This document shows positions 62,038 to 64,000 of a stretch of DNA of 64,000 bases, in pieces. Numbering within the stretch: position 1 is the stretch's first letter; every line of letters begins with the position of its first letter. The stretch is from a virus, in the IMG/VR virus record IMGVR_UViG_3300025849_000018, positions 30,928 to 94,927 of that record; one strand, written 5' to 3'. Made by a program: the position numbers and the translations under genes. A model generated the notes under the pieces. That model did no database searches. It worked only from the letters and a program-made list of their open reading frames with translations, and had not been told where the DNA came from.

Positions 62038-64000
62038 ATGATCGGACCATTAATAAAAATTATCATGAAACTGGGTAAAGGTACCTCAGCAGTGGGAAGA
62101 GGTGTTGCCAAGGGTGCCCGCGCAATGGGCAAAGGCAAAGGCCTGATGAAAGGCGCTATGAAGAAGGGTGGTCCTTTGGCCGCTATAGGTGCCATAGGTT
62201 CTTTATTTGGTGGTGACGATGAAGATGATGCGGCGGCGCCGGGTGCCCTTGGCGCGGCCGGTGAAATCGGTACTCCTTCATCGTCGGCAACAGGATCAGG
62301 TTCATCTTTAGTTTTAGTTGACTTTTCAAATGTTCTTGAGCTCAATATGCCAACCGTACCTGAGTTGCCGTCACTCGATATAAATGTAAATGATTATAAT
62401 GAAGTCGAATCAACACTAAACAAAGATGTTGAAATACCTTATGACATAGAAAAAATGTTCGATGAAGAACAGGGTTCGTTGATCATACCCAAGAATACTT
62501 TCCTCGACTTTTCTTCTGATAAATTAAAGGCGTTGAGCGCGTCTGTTCTTACACTGTCATCAAACTTAAATCAAGTCAATCAACAAATAGCTTATCTCAA
62601 CAGTAGAGTTGGTGGAATTGAAAATGCGGTTGCGCTGGCAGATGATGGTAATCGCCAAGCAGTCTTAAACCATGAAAGAGCGAAGGATGAAGAAGCGATA
62701 GAAGGATCAAAACCTAGTTTTAAAGATAAATTAATTGGAAAGGCAAAGAATGCAGGAGAAACAGCTAAAACAGTAGCGACGGGCGGGTTAATGGCACTTG
62801 GCGCTCAAATAGGAGCGGCCGCACTCGGTGTTGGTAGTATGTTATACTCTGAGCAAGTGGAAGCCGAATCGGGCGACGGCGAAATTGGTGCTGCCGAGTT
62901 GGCTGGACTAACAGCGGCCGCTGCGGGAGTTGGCATTGTAGCTCATAAAACAGGGAAAGTTATTGGTAAAAAGATTGCCGAAAAAGGCCTCGCTAAGGCC
63001 GCTGGGACACTTGGTCAAGAAGGCGCAGAAGCAGCTACGAAGGCAACCACGAAGGCACTTGGTCAAGAAGGCGCAGAAGCAGCTACGAAGGCAACCACGA
63101 AGGCACTTGGTCAAGAAGGCGCAGAAGCAGCTACGAAGGCAACCACGAAGGCAGCTACGAAGGCAGTAAGTAAGGCAGCAGTAACATCGGCAATCGAAAC
63201 AGTAGCACCAAAGAAACTGGCAGGTTTAGCAGGCAAGGCAGTTCCGGGAATTAGCTGGTTGGTTGGTGGTGCGATTGCTGTCACACAATTGGCGAAAGGT
63301 GACTTCGCTGGTGCTGGTTTATCTGTCGCCGGAAGTGTAGGCGGGATTGCCACTGCTTTACCGGTTGTCGCCATAGAAATCATAAGAGAAGTTTATAATG
63401 CTGTTTATGGTAATCCTGACGGCGAAACGACGTATGAAAAATTCCCGCATGAATGGGATGCCGCGAACCCAGAAGAATCTGATTATGCTGAGAAACAAAG
63501 TGAGATTTATGAACCTGTACAGGAATATATCGGTTCATGGTTTGAAAGCAATGCAGAATATCCAGAAGATGAAGAGTCTTTAAAGTCTGCTATTGAGAAA
63601 GGAATATACGATCACGACTATGTTGGTGATTCAGAAGTAGATTTAAACAGAGTCTCAGAACTAACTGTTCCTGAGATGAAAGCAATTATCGGTGATGACG
63701 ATATCGATGACGAGACGAAACAAGTTCTACAGAAACAAATAGACATTATCGAAGACCCAGTACCACCAATACCAGAGTCGGGAGCGGGTGTATTGGAACT
63801 TGATTTTCTTGCTGGTGCAGGTGCTTCAGGCACTTCAGGTGCTTCAGGCACTTCAGGTGCTTCAGGCACTTCAGGTGTTGCTGGTGCTTCAGGTGTTGCA
63901 GGTGTTGCTGGTGCTTCAGGTGCTTCAGGTGTTGCAGGTGTTTCAGGCACTTCAGGTGTTGCTGGTGCTTCAGGTGTTGCTGGTGATTCAGGCACTTCAG
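62038..64000 (+). CDS. Tape-measure/baseplate hub gp29-like protein, 3' truncated (not in ORF track)
   Basis: ATG 62038 (MIGPLIKIIMKLGKG); the translated stretches at the start, repeats and end share one frame, and absence from the ORF track fits no stop before the edge; A/G/K-rich, KAVPGISWLVGG..GDFAGA; follows gp26/gp51. Confidence 0.65.
   Translation, partial: MIGPLIKIIMKLGKGTSAVGRGVAKGARAMGKGKGLMKGAMKKGGPLAAIGAIGSLFGGDDEDDAAAPGALGAAGEIGTPSSSATGSGSSLVLVDFSNVLELNMPTVPELPSLDINVNDYNEVESTLNKDVEIPYDIEKMFDEEQGSLIIPKNTFLDFSSDKLKALSASVLTLSSNLNQVNQQIAYLNSRVGGIENAVALADDGNRQAVLNHERAKDEEAIEGSKPSFKDKLIGKAKNAGETAKTVATGGLMALGAQIGAAALGVGSMLYSEQVEAESGDGEIGAAELAGLTAAAAGVGIVAHKTGKVIGKKIAEKGLAKAAGTLGQEGAEAATKATTKALGQEGAEAATKATTKALGQEGAEAATKATTKAATKAVSKAAVTSAIETVAPKKLAGLAGKAVPGISWLVGGAIAVTQLAKGDFAGAGLSVAGSVGGIATALPVVAIEIIREVYNAVYGNPDGETTYEKFPHEWDAANPEESDYAEKQSEIYEPVQEYIGSWFESNAEYPEDEESLKSAIEKGIYDHDYVGDSEVDLNRVSELTVPEMKAIIGDDDIDDETKQVLQKQIDIIEDPVPPIPESGAGVLELDFLAGAGASGTSGASGTSGASGTSGVAGASGVAGVAGASGASGVAGVSGTSGVAGASGVAGDSGTS
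63008..63151 (+). repeat. Perfect 48-nt tandem repeat x3 (LGQEGAEAATKATTKA)
   Basis: cacttggtcaagaaggcgcagaagcagctacgaaggcaaccacgaagg, three copies. Confidence 0.9.
63820..64000 (+). repeat. 9-nt repeat encoding Gly-X-Y (GAS/GTS/GVA)
   Basis: ggtgcttca/ggcacttca/ggtgttgct units, about 20 triplets to the window end. Confidence 0.9.

Noticed and set aside
61042-63995. Minus-strand ORFs 61042..61545, 61914..62345, 63111..63383, 63618..63995 (PEAPAT repeats) and plus-strand 62963..63169
   Set aside because: Shadows or alternate frames of gp26 and the long plus-strand ORF starting at 62038

Overview
A 64-kb segment of a T4-like (Tevenvirinae-related, cyanophage/pelagiphage-style gene order) myovirus genome, made up almost entirely of virion morphogenesis genes. 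On the minus strand, reading right to left: baseplate genes (gp48, gp53, gp27-like hub, gp5, gp25, gp6, gp7-like, gp8), two large DUF4815/VrlC-like wedge proteins, and a ~26-kb accessory block of fibre/adhesin genes (collagen-like GFTGS repeats, C1q-like, LamG-like, beta-propellers, three FG-GAP propellers). These are followed by gp13-gp20 and prohead-core genes. On the plus strand: gp4, gp2, gp54-like, gp26, gp51-like and a gp29/tape-measure-like ORF running off the end. Four modification enzymes sit inside the fibre block (multi-domain glycosyltransferase, FkbM methyltransferase, 2OG-Fe(II) oxygenase, sulfotransferase) behind near-consensus sigma70 promoters, whereas the structural genes use T4 late promoters (TATAAATA). 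Best leads: (1) a candidate phage-encoded virion-surface modification system, since exposed structural proteins are strongly enriched in an Ala-Asn(-Thr/Ser) motif and in Pro-poor, Thr/Ser-rich collagen; (2) a lambda G/GT-like -1 frameshift joining gp26 and gp51; (3) blade-level DNA homogenisation among three FG-GAP genes; (4) matched peptide modules suggesting a branched fibre. All product calls come from recognised motifs and synteny; no database search was run.
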